Positions 1 through 14,700 of a stretch of DNA of 64,000 bases are shown piece after piece (position 1 is the stretch's first letter; each line of letters starts with the position of its first letter). Both the position numbers and the translations under genes were made by a program. Location: positions 34,536,001 through 34,600,000 of the forward strand of contig OZ249436.1 in NCBI GenBank assembly GCA_965235115.1. The letters are read 5' to 3'. The DNA comes from Laetmonice hystrix. Lineage: Eukaryota. The notes under the pieces were generated by a model. That model was not told the origin of the DNA. It searched no databases and saw only the letters and a list, made by a program, of their open reading frames with translations.

Positions 1-827
1 AAAGACCATAATCCAAGATCCCTTCACGACTACTTAGACTCAAGTCGTGTTCTGGTGGAGACCCGGACAGACCCTTGTTACATCTTAACCATCTTTTCGC
101 CATGCATGAAAAGGGCCGTGTCTGAAGCAATTTGCGAGGGAAAAATCGCATGGCGGTCCATGGTTCTAGGCTACAGGGACATGCAAGGAGACACCAGTTT
201 ATATGATAAATCTTACAGAATAAACCACCCTCGACTTAAAATATGGTGTAAATAACCTGACATACTTCCATAATCTCCTATTTAATACCGATCTCGTCTT
301 TCTATACTCCAGGAATGGATACGGTGTTGTTAGGCGTGCCCTGATAGTGTTTTCAAAGTAACAGTAGGTTTGAACTTCTCCGTATAATTCTCATATCGTT
401 CAAAGGAAAAACTTTGATGTCTTGATGCGAGTAACATAAACACCATATAATTGCCGCGGGGAGCCCGGTTACAAATTTAGAAAAGATGTCACTGCGGGAA
501 TGACACTGTAGACCTAAGAAGGCGTAGTATTATATGATGAAATATATATGTATACATTCCCATATAGGAAACAAAGAGCTAGGCCGGAAACAATGGATCC
601 AGGGAAGGGTTGGGTTTAGTTTACACACATCATCCTCCTGTTTCTCATATTTAGTTTACAGACAACCTGAAAGAGTATCATTTTTATCTTAAAAATTTAT
701 TCCTTTAAATTTATTTACTTAAAACCTTAGAAACGCACAGTTTAAACATTGGATCAGTAGGTTTCACAGCCGCATTATTAAAAAATCACTTCCAATGTTA
801 TCATTCAGGTTTGGCAATATGGGAGAT

Positions 828-1028
828 CACGCCCGTATAGCCAAGGCGGACTGTTATTTTAGAAAAAAAGTGGGGAGAAAGTAGACTTACAGCGAGGGCT
901 TCATTGAAGGAGACTTCGATCCTTACTGAAAACTTACAACAAAAAAGGTTTTCTGCAAGCATACTACATACGAAAAATGGGCCCTCTGCCTATTGGGGGG
1001 GGGGGGGGGGGCTGGGGCTACGGGCCTG
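828..1028. mobile_element. Short MITE-like element with CAGGCCCGTAGCC-type ends
   Basis: Right end GGCTACGGGCCTG (1016-1028) is preceded by a long G run; left end CACGCCCGTATAGCC is a degenerate inverse. The same 13-mer recurs at 59487-59499. No TSD is visible. Confidence 0.5.
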
Positions 1029-4000
1029 AATAAGTAGGCCTACGATATACATTTGTAATAACTTACGTGCGGTTATATCTGAGTAACGTTCAATACAATG
1101 GTATAACAGCGGGCCCGAAGCAGGCGCTGAGAGAACGTTACAATCATCGCCACCGGAAATTTACGTTGGTTGTTCAATATTTGCTGTGCCTTGCGTCAGA
1201 CCTTTGGCAACAGGCGGGGGCTATCTTGTCGAACAAGGTCGTCGGTCGGCGGACGATGGGCGTGCAACATGCCAACACGAGCGCCACCTAGCCTTATCTG
1301 GCGGCCGCCAGGAGGAGCTAGGGCACTTCCGGCCGCGTCTCTGTGGTCGCAGCCCACTGCGTCCTATTGACGTTGTCGCCTTATCTGCGGCGCTGTGGCA
1401 TGGAGTCAGGCGACGTCGTTCTGGTTTGCATGGTTCATGATGTTACCAAGGTGACAACGCTGGCTGAAGGTGGCAACCGTATCTGGTGTTCATCCCCCGC
1501 TTTCCAAAACAGTGGCGAATGTTGGTCGTTTAAAAAAAGAACCCGATGGCGAGGGGCTAAAGAGTTCAGGGGCAGTCATTAAGGGGGAAATCATTTCGAC
1601 CACTCGGACGCACGGGGACATCTTTTTTCAGGTTGATCACTTCATTACATGATGTGGGTTCACAAACATGTGGCCCATTGGTCGATAGGCCCGCATGCAG
1701 AATCTAAATAGAGTGAACTAAAAATTACATGTACATAACCTTGTTGATAAGGATAACGAACCGGGCCTGATCCCAAAGGGTGACGGGGGTGGATGATGTC
1801 GGTCGGGTTCCCTACCCCCAGATGATCTCAGGGCCACGTTACCGACTCCCACTCCGGCTACATGGCAATTTTTTTTCATTGCGCAAGAAAACAGCGTGAA
1901 CCGCCCATCGCAAATATCTGCAAAGGCAGATACCATTATTTAGACTCTTTATCTATGGCCGGCATGTGACGCACATCTTGGGAGCTCTTTTGATCGGACT
2001 GTAGTTCGGTGGACCCAGTTTTCCTGGAGGTCAGCACTGGATCTACAGGGCTGAGACGTAGTCAAGTGCTGTGGAGTGTTTCGGATTGAGAGCGTTATCT
2101 CTCCAGTTCCAGCTTGCGAGATCGGAGTCAAGTAGATTGCTTACGTGAACGTAGCAAATGGTGAATGACGTAGCGTTATTCAAAACCGTTGTTTTCAGGT
2201 GGCAGTTTCTACTCTTCAGAGGAACTGTTCTCCTACATATGGGAAATGACAACGTATATTCTATGTTCAATGGGTACCGAAAAGTTTCCAGCGACACAGA
2301 AATACTGCAAGACATCCACCTGTATTTATTGTGAAAAATTCCTACTAGTGAAATTTGATCTTTTGCTCTTTTACCGTTCCGCTTAGACGCATCTAACTGA
2401 TTACCATCGAGAATTAGGCCAGGAAACTCATTCAATGTACCCCAAATTAAAGTACATTCGAAATTATCGCTTGAGGCGCGGACACACATCTCTATGGAAC
2501 TCCTTGTAAAACTTTCCGATGATTCCTCACAGATGTCCTACCACTGTTAAATTACCACCAAACTTCATTATGTTTGGTTGTCTCGTGTCGGGTCCAGGTA
2601 CCCCGCCCTCCCATGAGTTATGGTCCCGTTACAGCAGGGTATAGACAACCTGTGATCCTGCCTCTCGGCGCCCTTAGCCCTGGTACAAAGTTAGGGCCTG
2701 TAATACCATCTTAACTCGGCGTCTCTAGGGCCTACTGAATGCCGTCCTTGTGGGATCTGTGTTGGATGATAATAGACCATCAGTATAATACATGCTTCAT
2801 GTGGCTGTAACAGCCACCAAGTATATCATATCGATAGAAGAATACCTGCAGCCAACGTGCACTTTCGATGTACTACTTAAAGTTCCTGATGGCACTCCAT
2901 ACAAGCATTGAGAGAGGTACGTCTGGGCTGTTCTTTTACGAAGCAATGCTGTCTATATGTCTTTCTGGTAACTATACATCGACCTTGAAGTTGAGACAAC
3001 TATGTCCCCTGTCTTAGCTCACTTACTATCACCTTCAGTAAAAGATATATCACGACTGTAAGGACTTGTCAAGTGCGTCTGCTATACATTTTCCTAAAAA
3101 GAAATGCCACATCCCAGAATTTGGCGCATGATGAGAAGACTAACCACCACCACCGTGTCGATACGGCAGACTTTTGCAACGTTAATGCCTTTTCGACGCC
3201 TGCAGCATCTGAGACCGTTGATGTTTTTACTGCGTGGAAACTTAATTATTCAGTTGGATCAAGCAGGTAACTCACAGGTTAAGAAGAAGAGGGGAGGATC
3301 GAGTCGTGCTGGAGTGATGGGGGGCCTCCAAGTCAAGCGATTGATTGATGAACTAATCAATGTGAATGCCGAATGTGTCGGCGCGGTCAACTGATGCCGC
3401 CGACGAGGCCAGTGTAATTCAGCTGATGTGATGAAACCCTGGATGCACTGTGTACCGTCAGTGACGACAAATTGGACTTCCTAGATTGATCGGATCTATC
3501 AAGTCCATGGGGGAGGTTGGCAAGGTTGGATAGGGGGGCTGGGGGCTGAAAATGTTCATTTCCCGGCCAGTGAGTCCCTCTGTCTCGAACAGTTTCAACT
3601 GCCAGCATGGAGGGGGGTGATGATACATGTTCCAAGGCCATGGAGGTCTAAGCCAAAAACGATTCGTGTGACAAATTCCAGATTAAAAGGACATGGACGA
3701 CAGGCAGAATATTTTATTTCCCGCGTGTTGCGGTGGGGGGGGGGGGGGCGGCCCACTGGCCCTATATCTCCTATCGTCCCGTGTGGGATGCGCCCCCCTC
3801 CCCCATGAAGGATTAGTCCCCTGAGAGGTTCAGGCCGCAGCTTAAAGGTGAGTCGACTTCAGCGGGGCTGACCAACATCCGTTGAAATATTAATCAACAG
3901 GTGGGCGTGGATGTCAAAGTCAGCGGTCGCTGGGAGGCACTGGGCTCGACATATGTATCTGACGTCGACACTGGTGGCAGGTTGATGTGAGCCCCAGCCA

Positions 4001-7000
4001 GCCGGCCCGGCGCTGGACGCCTCCAGGCCCGCTGCCAATGCCTGGCCCCGGCTGACCGTCACCTGGACTTGGCTGCCGGTCCACACACTCAACCCACCCA
4101 CCCCACCGCCATGCCTCGACCGTCTCCGGATTAATTAATATTCCCCTTGTCAGTTGGTGTCAGGAGGTGGGCCCATCTTTGAGACGGCGCATCCTTGGCC
4201 CCCGCAGCATGTGACGTACGTTCAATTAGCCGACCAAGATGAGTCTGGTACGCGCCGAATCAGGCGGCCGCGTGCTTGGCACCAGGGGGTCACCTCAATA
4301 TGCTGGCCGTGCTCTCCACGGTCGCCAACACGGAATTTCTGTGACGCAACCTCTCGCAAGTAATTAACATTACTGATACCAGTCGTGGCAGTGGCAGTGA
4401 CGTTGCCAGGAGTGAGGTCAGAACATTTCAAACTTTGTTAACGACGTGGATGAGATCGGAGGAAATTGCCGTGCGTTGCTGGTTGGCAGGCAGGCGGGGG
4501 GAGTGGGGGGTGGGGGGTGGCACAGCAACTCCAGCCCCGCTCCATGGCCACTTCTCCTGGCTTTGCCTAACCCCGCCAAAGTAATTAACATCCGAATGAC
4601 CGCACGCGTGGCAGTTACTTCAATTCACAGTGTGCAAATGAGGACGAACTCTGACAGCGGTGGAGGAGGGGGGTGGACGGGGTGGACGATATGGAAGAGA
4701 CTCGGGGTGCCTCTTACTTTTCCGTATGACGTATTTCCAATCTAGATGGCTGATGAGTTCCTACCCCCTTCGCCTAGTGTCGGTTCACGTTTATAAGACA
4801 GGCAGCCGACCGGCATGGTACTCGAGGAGACCAACCTGGAGACTGACTGCCGACTCGTCACATGATCCCAGGCGAGCTGGTAGTGCTCCACTAAGGTCAC
4901 CTTGAGGAAGTTGTGGCGTTGCTATGCGGAGTGTCCGCCGTGACGTGCCGTCATACACCCGTGACCGGCCTGACCATGGGTCACACCGTGACGCGCGTGC
5001 AATCCTAGCAAGGAATTTTACGCGGTGCTTAGTGTCAGCATACGTTAAGTCCTAGACGGATGGCGTTCGGTGTACGAGGCACTGGCCTGATAATTAATGG
5101 CATAAAGGGGGCGGCCTGTTATTGCCTACAACTTTCCCCCTTCCTTAGCAAAGGGGCCCCGACATAAGGAACTTTGAGACCCCTATTTCCGTATGACGTA
5201 CTTTTAATTACTTGATCTAATGGCATTGGTGGGTGCGTGTCGCATAGTGTTAGGTGGTCGATCACGGCGACGGACTAAGGCGGATCTGGCTGGCGAACAC
5301 CCTATACACTCGCCTCGCCCCTTCCCTGGGAATTAACATAGGAGATGTCACCGCTGTCGCCTGCGTTCAATGAATGCGACGCTCCCCCCATCGACATGGG
5401 CCGATCGAGAGTCTTAAACTTTCGCGTGCTTAATTCAGTCCGAGACGCTATGTCTTTAGTGTCATAAAGTGTTAGATGGCTTCCATCGAAGGCATAATTA
5501 CATTGGGGATTGAAAGTCTAGATCATGACATGTGACGTAGCCTCCCGGCGAGAGCCCATTAGTATAAAGACCGCTAAGAGCATGTGGTGGCGAGGCAACA
5601 CAAGAGTCGCGTAATGAACGCGAGCCGCTGTTTCCATGCGAACTTTTAATTCTTTAAAGGAGCACTCTTTCATATACCCTAATGCTCTGAGACAAAGAGC
5701 GACGGGTGCTACATCATACAGGAAAATTGCATCACCCAACAAAAGCAATCACGTAATTAGGAGTCGGGCATACGTCATGCAAACCACGGGTTTAGTTTGG
5801 ATGCTTTTGAAACTAAAACTCATCGGGACATGGTGGCCTTTATTCGGCTGTGGATGGAGTATATATAGCAGACAATGTGGGTGTAATCACCGAACGTCGA
5901 CGGTCTCCTTGGGGGTTGTCTGTTAAAAAACATGACCGATACACTTTTACTGTCCGCTATAAATAACGTCACAACAAAACAACATGATGCCCATAGCTAT
6001 ACATTATGAACATAGCTGGGATTGTTGGAAAGGAAGGACGGACCATGGACTGGTCGGAAGCTCTGCATGGTCGGCCTCATATATACCAACATGCGTTTAG
6101 ATGCGGGTCGCGTTATGGACCATACTCATAAATATCACGATTGAACGAACTGCATGAGCTAAACGTAAAGTCCACTTCATCCGGCTGGAAGACGAAGTTG
6201 ACATCATACTGGTCCCTTCGTGCACGCCTTGAGACTCTCTGAGCTCCGAGGCAGTACATCACCGACTTCTTCGCCCCCATCTTCCATCCCTTCTAATTAA
6301 TCCGCCAGGCTAATGTTGCCGCACCCACATGATAGGTGGCAACATCTTGAACTCAGGTGCAATTGGGCCATTTAGGCGGGATTAATTACCTTAATGAATG
6401 TTCATGAATGATTAAATTGGGGGCTAAGACTGGTGGAGAGTGGAGGGTTGAGGTGAGAGTCTAAGGTAGTGTGGCATTGCCTGAATGAAGCCCACGCACG
6501 TCAAGCTTATCTATAAGGCTGTCAGTGGAGGCCGTGCGACCTTCCTCTACCTCAATCCGCCATAGCCGGGGCCGTGATGACATGCACAGTCCTGTCTGGT
6601 TTCTGACAAAACCTGTCAGATGGCCGCACGCCGAGGCCAAGCCATTGACGGAAGGCCACTGACGTAAATACCCGCCAACTCTGCTGAAGCTGTCAAGGGA
6701 GAGGTCTGACTATGGACCTAGCGTTAAGAATGGCAACTAATCTGGCGGGTACGTCGGCCCTGTGGCGTCAGGGAAGGGGGGAGGGGACCATAGCCCGTCA
6801 AATCGGGGTCTTCAAATGTCTCAACATCAGCACAATAATGGCGCGTATCTGCCGTGACCACAGAATGTCAACTTGGCGTCTTTGCGTAGCGATATTAAAT
6901 AAGCATGATAAGAGCCGAGTTAATGTGCGTGGAAGTTGTTTACCAGAGTCCCGATTGCTGCCAGACCTCGTTCTGGTGGCCGCCATAGAAGGCCCCACCA

Positions 7001-10000
7001 AGACTGAATGCCAGTCCAGAAGAGCATGTCATCGAATGGCACCAATACCTGATTATAAAGATGGTAATTTGGCATCTTCCTTTTTTTCCTATGTGTATTA
7101 GTTCTGACGAAGGCGAGTTTTGTGTGGTCGTGTCAGCGACTGGTGGTCGTTGGGAGTTCCCCTTGTCAGCTCTGAGTTGATCAGAGCGCCACCTGGATTG
7201 CGGAGGCCTGACCCACTCGGATTGACACGTTGACAGTTTGTGGAGGAGGACGATGGCGAGAGGGGAGGGGAGTGAAGCCAGCAAACTTCTCGACAGGCAG
7301 AGTGGCGTGGCCTGATCACGACCACGGCGGCCGGGCACGTGCCGACTGTACTCAGAAACTGTCAAACTAATCACAAAATATCATACAGAGCACGTCGGCG
7401 TCGTCAACCCCAACTTTGATGATGTCGTGACACTTGCGGCAACTTGGAGTTGTCTGTGAGCCGCTGTCGCAGGCACGACGGACAAGGCCCTGGCAGCGGT
7501 ACTGGCGGGGAGAACGCGACCCCGGCCGACGGGCTCTGGAGGGGTGTCCCTGTACATGACATCTCCATAATGGAAGACCTGGAGACTCTTCGCCCTGGAG
7601 GAGGGCGCCTGGAGACAGTCACAGGAGCAGTGGGGCCCAGCATGTGCTCCAATTACTGCCACTGAAATGGCCTTCCAACAAGGTGCACGTGCGACAAAAG
7701 AAGATGCAATTGGCGATGTAATTGGTGAATTAAAATAAAAATACGTCCGCTACATATGGCACAGTGAAATCGGTTCATTGGGTCGCCCGCCATGCAGCTA
7801 ATGATGTGGACGGCCTAGGGAGGCGGAATCCGTTTGGATGACCTTAAGGGTTGTTCCTATAGCTGACAATACGGGGGGAATGTCTCAGACAAAAACTCCC
7901 AATTCTGCTTCCTGCGAAAGCTTTGACTTGAAAGAATGAATGGAATGTTTTCTTTGACATATAACGACCGTTCCTGTTGCAAGAATATAAGATAACATGG
8001 CAACCTTTTTAATCTGCAAACAGAAATTCGATCATGGCATTGAACTCTCTTGTAGGATCAAGGTACTCATTAATTACCTTTCAGTGACATGTGTTTTCAT
8101 TTTCCATTCCCCTTTTGATATGAAAAAAGTCTCACCGCACATCTTTTGAAACTTTTCTTCGCCATGAAGGTTGCGTGTAGTTCCTGGAAGTTCTACCGTA
8201 ATTAAATGTTGCAGTATCAACCCAAAGGTTTGCTCCAAGGCCGCTTGTGAGTCAAAATACGACTGAATTGAAATTTCTAATGTCCCCACGCCTAACCACG
8301 TCAAGGTAAAATTCGAAAATGTCAGAACTGCCACCAAGACACCAAGAATGAATCATGGCTCATTATGTAGTTACGTATCAGTAATGCCTTAAGTAAATAA
8401 CACGTTGTATTCTCTTTGGGCGGAAGGTTATCAAGGGGTTGCGGCACAAACTTGCTGGGCAAAGTGGGGAAAGACGCCAGATGTGTTTCGAGTCCCATGG
8501 GTCCCCAAGGTTCCCTCTCAGGACTTTAGACCAGAGGCTGATCGTGTCTATACGTGGTACGAAACAGGAACCCTTGTCATCTTTCGTAAAATAGATCCCA
8601 GGGCATCCCGGTGTACAGGTTTCCTCCTAATATTATCTCTAGAATAATCTAAATCACCATAGTCGTTGTTAATCATAACATCGACATGATCGCCATCATC
8701 CATAATCATGGAATCCAACTAAAAATATGGCATTGTTGTAATTGATGAGGTAAATAACAATATTTACAACTTAGAAACGTCACAGGAGATATATGTAACG
8801 TAGGAAGGCGGTAAGAGCTTAACATACAAGGCACCAACTCATAATTATAAAATCATTAACCAAAAGGTATACCAACAAAATTTAACTGGTGGTTCTTTTC
8901 ACTTTTATTCAAAAACCCAGTTCCCTTTATGTTCCAGGAAGAGTTCCTAAAGATATCCTTGGTATATTCAATCGCGGGAGCAAAGATTATTTCCACAAGT
9001 TACATCATTTGCATTCACTCTCTTTGGATGGCAGTTGATCGACCGGTGGAACACCTCAGGGAGACTGAAGACAAAACAGCCGACCTGACCTCTCTGTCGG
9101 GCGTTGAAGTTTTATTTAAGGTTGCAAAAATCAGTACTCGATAATGAGCACGCTCTAGCGAGAATTGACACCCAAACAAGGGGGTTCCTTGGAAAGCCTG
9201 CCAAACGCATCTCCAGCCAAGCGGCTGTTATTTTACAGACTGTCTGATGTTTCATGTTTTTTTCTTGCAGAGCTTCGGATCCATGGCGGAAGGCAGCTAT
9301 AAAACTTTCCCGTAACTACAAACCACCTGCTGCTTACCTTACGACGAGCTTGGTGTGTGTCATGTCGCAAACTGTAAATATGACTGTACACTCATCGTTC
9401 TCTCCTAGGTGCTCTTTACAATTAGTTACCAATCAACACAGCAAAGAAAACACGAGAAGTGAGGATTGTCATTTCTGGCAACACATTTCACGATTGGAAG
9501 CGCAGTGAGAGATTTGGTCATCCACACGATGCAGTTCCCAGCCGACAACTTCACATATGTCTCAAACAACCCCCAAAGAACCCCTGCAGAGTGAATAATG
9601 GCCTCAAAATGCACCACGGTGCGACATTTGGTTTGATACTGTCAAAGACGGGCCTTAAAGACGACGATTCCGGTCAAACCACGGCTCTATTGCCGCGGTT
9701 GTTTGGTGGGGTATTTCGGCGTAGGATTTCAAACAGGTCGCCGTTCGCCAAGCCCCCTGTGTGAACGCCGTTGACAAAGCCATGCACTAGCGGCCATCAA
9801 AGGCCTCAGCTGTTTTATCATGGCGGTTCCTGTTACCCTTTAATGGCAAGCCGTTCTTAATGACAGATCCACGTTTCTTCTAATTAGACACGCGCCTTTT
9901 GTACTGTCTGGCATCCGCATGCACGAACATAGTCTTACAGTTGGGGGATGGGGCCGTACCGCATTAATCAACACGAAGCCACTGGACCGTATTTTGTGGC

Positions 10001-11417
10001 TTAGCGATGGCAACACTCTCTCTCCCCCAACAACACACAGCCACAAATACTCTGAGGCCATGTCCTAGGTGATGAAAATGTGGTCAGTTCAATGACAGGT
10101 CAAAGATAAGCGATCAGAGGCAACCGGACAGTGCTGCCAGGTGCAGACGCCAAAAGGCCTTGGGAAGTGGTCTTTGAAGACGAGTGTGGCAGACAGCAAT
10201 AATCTGAGTAAGGCTACCTGTGTATAACCAGTGCTGGCTTCTTTAACTTTTAGGTACCCGAGAGAATTTCCAGAAGAGTTAACCCCTCAGAACTAAAAAA
10301 TAGGCAAAGATAGGGGCATTGCCTGCATTGATTGAAATCGATTTTAAGTGTGTACTGTGAAGACCACTGACAATAGTCACTCTACAGTTCTGGATACGAA
10401 GTTCTTGCAAACCCGTTTCGAGCGGTGTGACAAGTACACAAAAACAAGTCTTATGTTCATATCTGAGTTGTTGTGCTCGCATTTAGTAAATGTTTAAAAG
10501 TAGAAAAGTAAATCCAAATATAAGTACATTCCAAATGAACTTCAATGAACTTCTCCGAATCTGCCGAGCATGGTTGAAGTAATGATTTGACAATGTTTGG
10601 CATATAGACTGTGTAAACTGTTCCCTCGAGACCTCCACCAACCTCTGCTGTCAGTACAGGATGAGGTTCGTCCATTTCTCGGAACCCCAGTTCCGAGTTG
10701 AATCCCTCATCGCTGCCGTTCGGCTGTAGCCTTGGCCGTACAGTCGCCTTCCCCATATAACGATTACTCATTGAATAGGAACCGTCAGCGACAGATGGAC
10801 GTGTTTCTCTGACTTGACACATGGTTAAATCACAGGCAAGTTTAAATTCGCGCCGCTGGAAACGAAAACCCCATCCGCATATTGATGAATCAAGATAAAA
10901 GCATCCAAAGAAGAAAAGTAAATTTGGCATCCTGGGAAAGTTTCAAAGCGAGGTCATGGGATCGTAGAGACACAGCAAGGCTGATCTTCTACGTTTGATC
11001 TCGATGTCGGCCGCCTCCAAGAGCGAGCATCATCGGCGGCTGTGAAATGAGTCTGATTGGGATCTTTCAACCAGATCAAAGTCTCCCTCCCGGGCCTGAC
11101 CATTTTATGTAGCTGATCGAAGAATCAGAGACCAGGATAAGTCGTGGCTGTAATCCCAGATATACACCCCCGAGAGGTATAGAGAGAGTAGCATCTCCGT
11201 CCCGGCATCAAACAGTGCTGCCACCCCCAGCCGTCACTTGTGTACCAAACGGGCAAACCTGGGCAAGACACTGCAAGACGCTGAGTCGATGTCAGGTTAG
11301 CTAAATGCTAACTGGGTTCCTGAGATGGAACACCCTCCAACGTCAAAGCTTTTCTTCGCCTAATCCAAAGGCCTCAGGTTCAAACTTAATACTCAGTAAC
11401 CCGCGGACGCTAAGCTA

Positions 11418-11433
11418 ACTTTCTTTCCCTCTT

Positions 11434-11530
<97 letters not shown>

Positions 11531-11558
11531 CTATCTTTCTGTCTGTCTTTCTTTCTTT
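11418..11558. repeat. Compound (CT)n/(CTTT)n microsatellite
   Basis: Near-pure polypyrimidine tract of about 140 bp. Confidence 0.95.
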
Positions 11559-11589
11559 CCAGAGTTGGATTGTCACTTTATGGATCGGC

Positions 11590-11751
11590 CTGCACGTTTG
11601 TATTCAGGTACATTAGTACCATTTTATGTCTCTGATTAAAGAAAAGTTAAAAAGTGTTTTCAATGTCTTTTCTGCCCGTTTGTATTCAGGAATATTAGTC
11701 CCATTTTATGTCTATCATTAAAGAAAAGTAAAAAAGTTTTTTTAATGTCTT
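11590..11751. repeat. Diverged tandem duplication, 82-bp period, 2 copies
   Basis: CTGCACGTTTGTATTCAGG...AATGTCTT at 11590 and CTGCCCGTTTGTATTCAGG...AATGTCTT at 11672. Confidence 0.88.
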
Positions 11752-14700
11752 GTTAACTGCACTATTAAGCGACGGCTCCGGTACGATGTCTCCTTGTCTT
11801 AACCTACCGAATAGAACTCCGTTTTTAAGACTAGAGTGAGAGAACTTATTGTCTGTCTCTACACGATCTTCTAAAAAGAGAGGGCTCCTGACCAGATCGG
11901 ATTATTATATGGAAAATTACGCTTAATAAAAAAAAACATTATTGAAAATTTAATAATGGTCTATCTTGAGAATAATTCTGGCTGTTGCATATTTTAACCT
12001 TTCAGGGAAGTCATGGGTGAGTATAATAGAAAATTTAATAATATTTAAAACTGGAGTGAATTGCATCCACCTGGGTAACCTGCCCAGCACAAACATTTTT
12101 TTCAACCCCTTTACGACTATATACTACTCCAAGAACCTGACACCTCTGATGCTTTTTACATAAATGTATCCTACCACATCCTAATTACTTTCTATTCAAG
12201 TGTTGCTTCCTGGACTGTTAGCAAGGAAACAAAATCAAACCAGATATTGTTAATACCCGTTATACCCCGGGGAATTGGATGACTCAGTGCAGTTAATTTG
12301 TTTGAAACGTGTATGTTATATCTATTCTCGGTATTTTCTAAATGTGTTTATTCTATGATACAAAGACTAAGTATCCACTAGAAACCACCAATGCCCTGCA
12401 TCTCCAATCTATATCTATGCCAAGTAAATGATACAAAAAAAGTTCAGAGACTTCAGGACTCATATTTCTCGAAGCAGTATGTGCATGCTTGGTAAACGAT
12501 ATAAACGGCGTTCTTGTTCACACTACAAAAAGCTGCTAAAGCATCAGACCATCCCCCGACTCCTTAATCCTATAGTATTCGTCTAATTATTCTCGACGGC
12601 ATTCCCTTGTTATATGATATACAAACCTGGGCTCGGAATATAGGAATGTCTGGTTGAAGGCGGTGGAAATCTGATCCGTTCGAAGCATCGTTTAGAGGTG
12701 GCCGTGCCCCTATACTAGACAATGGAGGACTTATTTTATCATGCACTTACTGTATAGGTACGTTTTAATTGCATTGAGCATTCACAGTCCCTTGGCTCAT
12801 TTCACTATGGTTTGCCCGCTGGCCATTTTCTCTACACGATTGCGTAACGCCGGCTTACAGAATGAACGGAACCTTTCGGTTGATTGGCAGGAACGGTTAA
12901 TATGCAGGTCCAGGCAGTTCCCAGGTCCGGACTCGACTACCCGAGGGCGGAATGGGGCGGGGATGGTTTAGGGGGGGGGGGGGGGGGGTCAGAAATCCAT
13001 ACCCCCGGTTCTTGTAGATCATTTTCCTTCATATGATAACCACCACCACAAGGGCATCCTCTTGGTTCCGGTACAAAGGGTGATTAAACTGCAGGCCTTT
13101 GGTTTTTAAAATAACTATTAAACAGAAGGCTGCCTTATTGGGTTACCATAGTGACGGATATTTCCGGTCTCTACAAAATGACCCATCTAGGCCTGTTTCT
13201 ATGAATCACTTGAATAATTTTATTTTTCAATTCTCAGTAGTATCGCCCTCTCCCACTGTGTCGTATTGTTTGCAGAATAGATCTAAATGCCACAGTTTGT
13301 ATTAAGGTCTGAGAAATCGTATTATATTGTTGGCTCTAAGGTTTTATCTTCGAAATTAGAATTACTTTTGCAGCAGATTTCTCTATAGAATTATATTTCT
13401 TCTGAAAATAGATATTCTGTAACTTCCGGTCAGTGCTTCAATAGCAAATATCATGTAAATATAATATTCTAGTTAATATCGTTATAAATTCAACCGTTCT
13501 ACTTTTGATGACATGTTCGCCAAACCCGTTATGTTCACCCTACAGCTCTCGGATTAATTTGAAGCTACATTTCAGACGTCATTATAAACAATTCCTTTGT
13601 TTGTAGGTTTTATTTGTGTGCGGTGGAAAGTCCACGTTGTGCTTAGACGTGAAGTCGATTAACCGTGGAACAAGAAAGTTTGAATTAATTAAAGACGCTG
13701 TTGTAATTAGACGGAGGCGACCGATGCAATTACGTAGCGTGTCTAACTAAGTGGAAACATTAGTTGAATGGATCAGGCTAAAGCGATGAGGGGACGATGG
13801 GCACAACAATGCGGTTAGGCAACAGTATATATATAATTACTCTTTGAACTTTTGATCTAATATATGTGGCTTGCTTTGATGGCGAACCGTCTGTAATTTG
13901 TTACACTGCCACTCCACAACTAATTTTGGATCCCGATGACCGCTTTCTGACAAAAACACCTTGAAGTCCTGGACTATTCTGGGTGTCAAACCCAGCTGAG
14001 TTCCAATCTGTCCACCTCAATCAGTTTCTCTGATATATAGATACATACATACGGTGACAGCATATTGGTGCAGCAACTGGATACAGAAATGATCAGATTT
14101 ACCACAATACATATTGTTAACACATTAGCCTATCTGCATTGTAGCCAAGGTAATAGAGTATTAACACTCTCTATATTGTGGTTTATTATAGGCCTACATG
14201 GAATGAGCACCAATGAGCACGCATCATTTCTGACTGCTATATATAGACAAGAGCACTCTCCAAACATCTTTCCTGAAAATATCCACAGATCCACTCGAAA
14301 CGCCACAGACCCCCCCCCCCCGTTTCCAGAATACAATAATTACTCGTAAAATGCTTCAGGCAGCCATTATTATTACATTTTTACTTAAGACTCACAAAAG
14401 ATGTTGCACATCGACATAGAGAATCGCGCAAACAATCCAACTTGTCTGTTGTCGCCCATTACAAGAGCCACCCTCCTTGGATCAACCGCATCTTGGTGGC
14501 CGAGCAATCTACCGGTCATAATACAGACAAGTTACCGGGTGGTTCAAAAAGGAAAATGTTGTTTAAACCTCGCCCAATCCCTCCTTGAAGATCCCCAATT
14601 CGAACAATTAGCATGGTTTGTCGGAACGCACACAATCGTTGTTCAAACGAAAGCCAGATCTATGCACTGAGTCGTGCCATTATTCTCCAGCACGTGTTTT

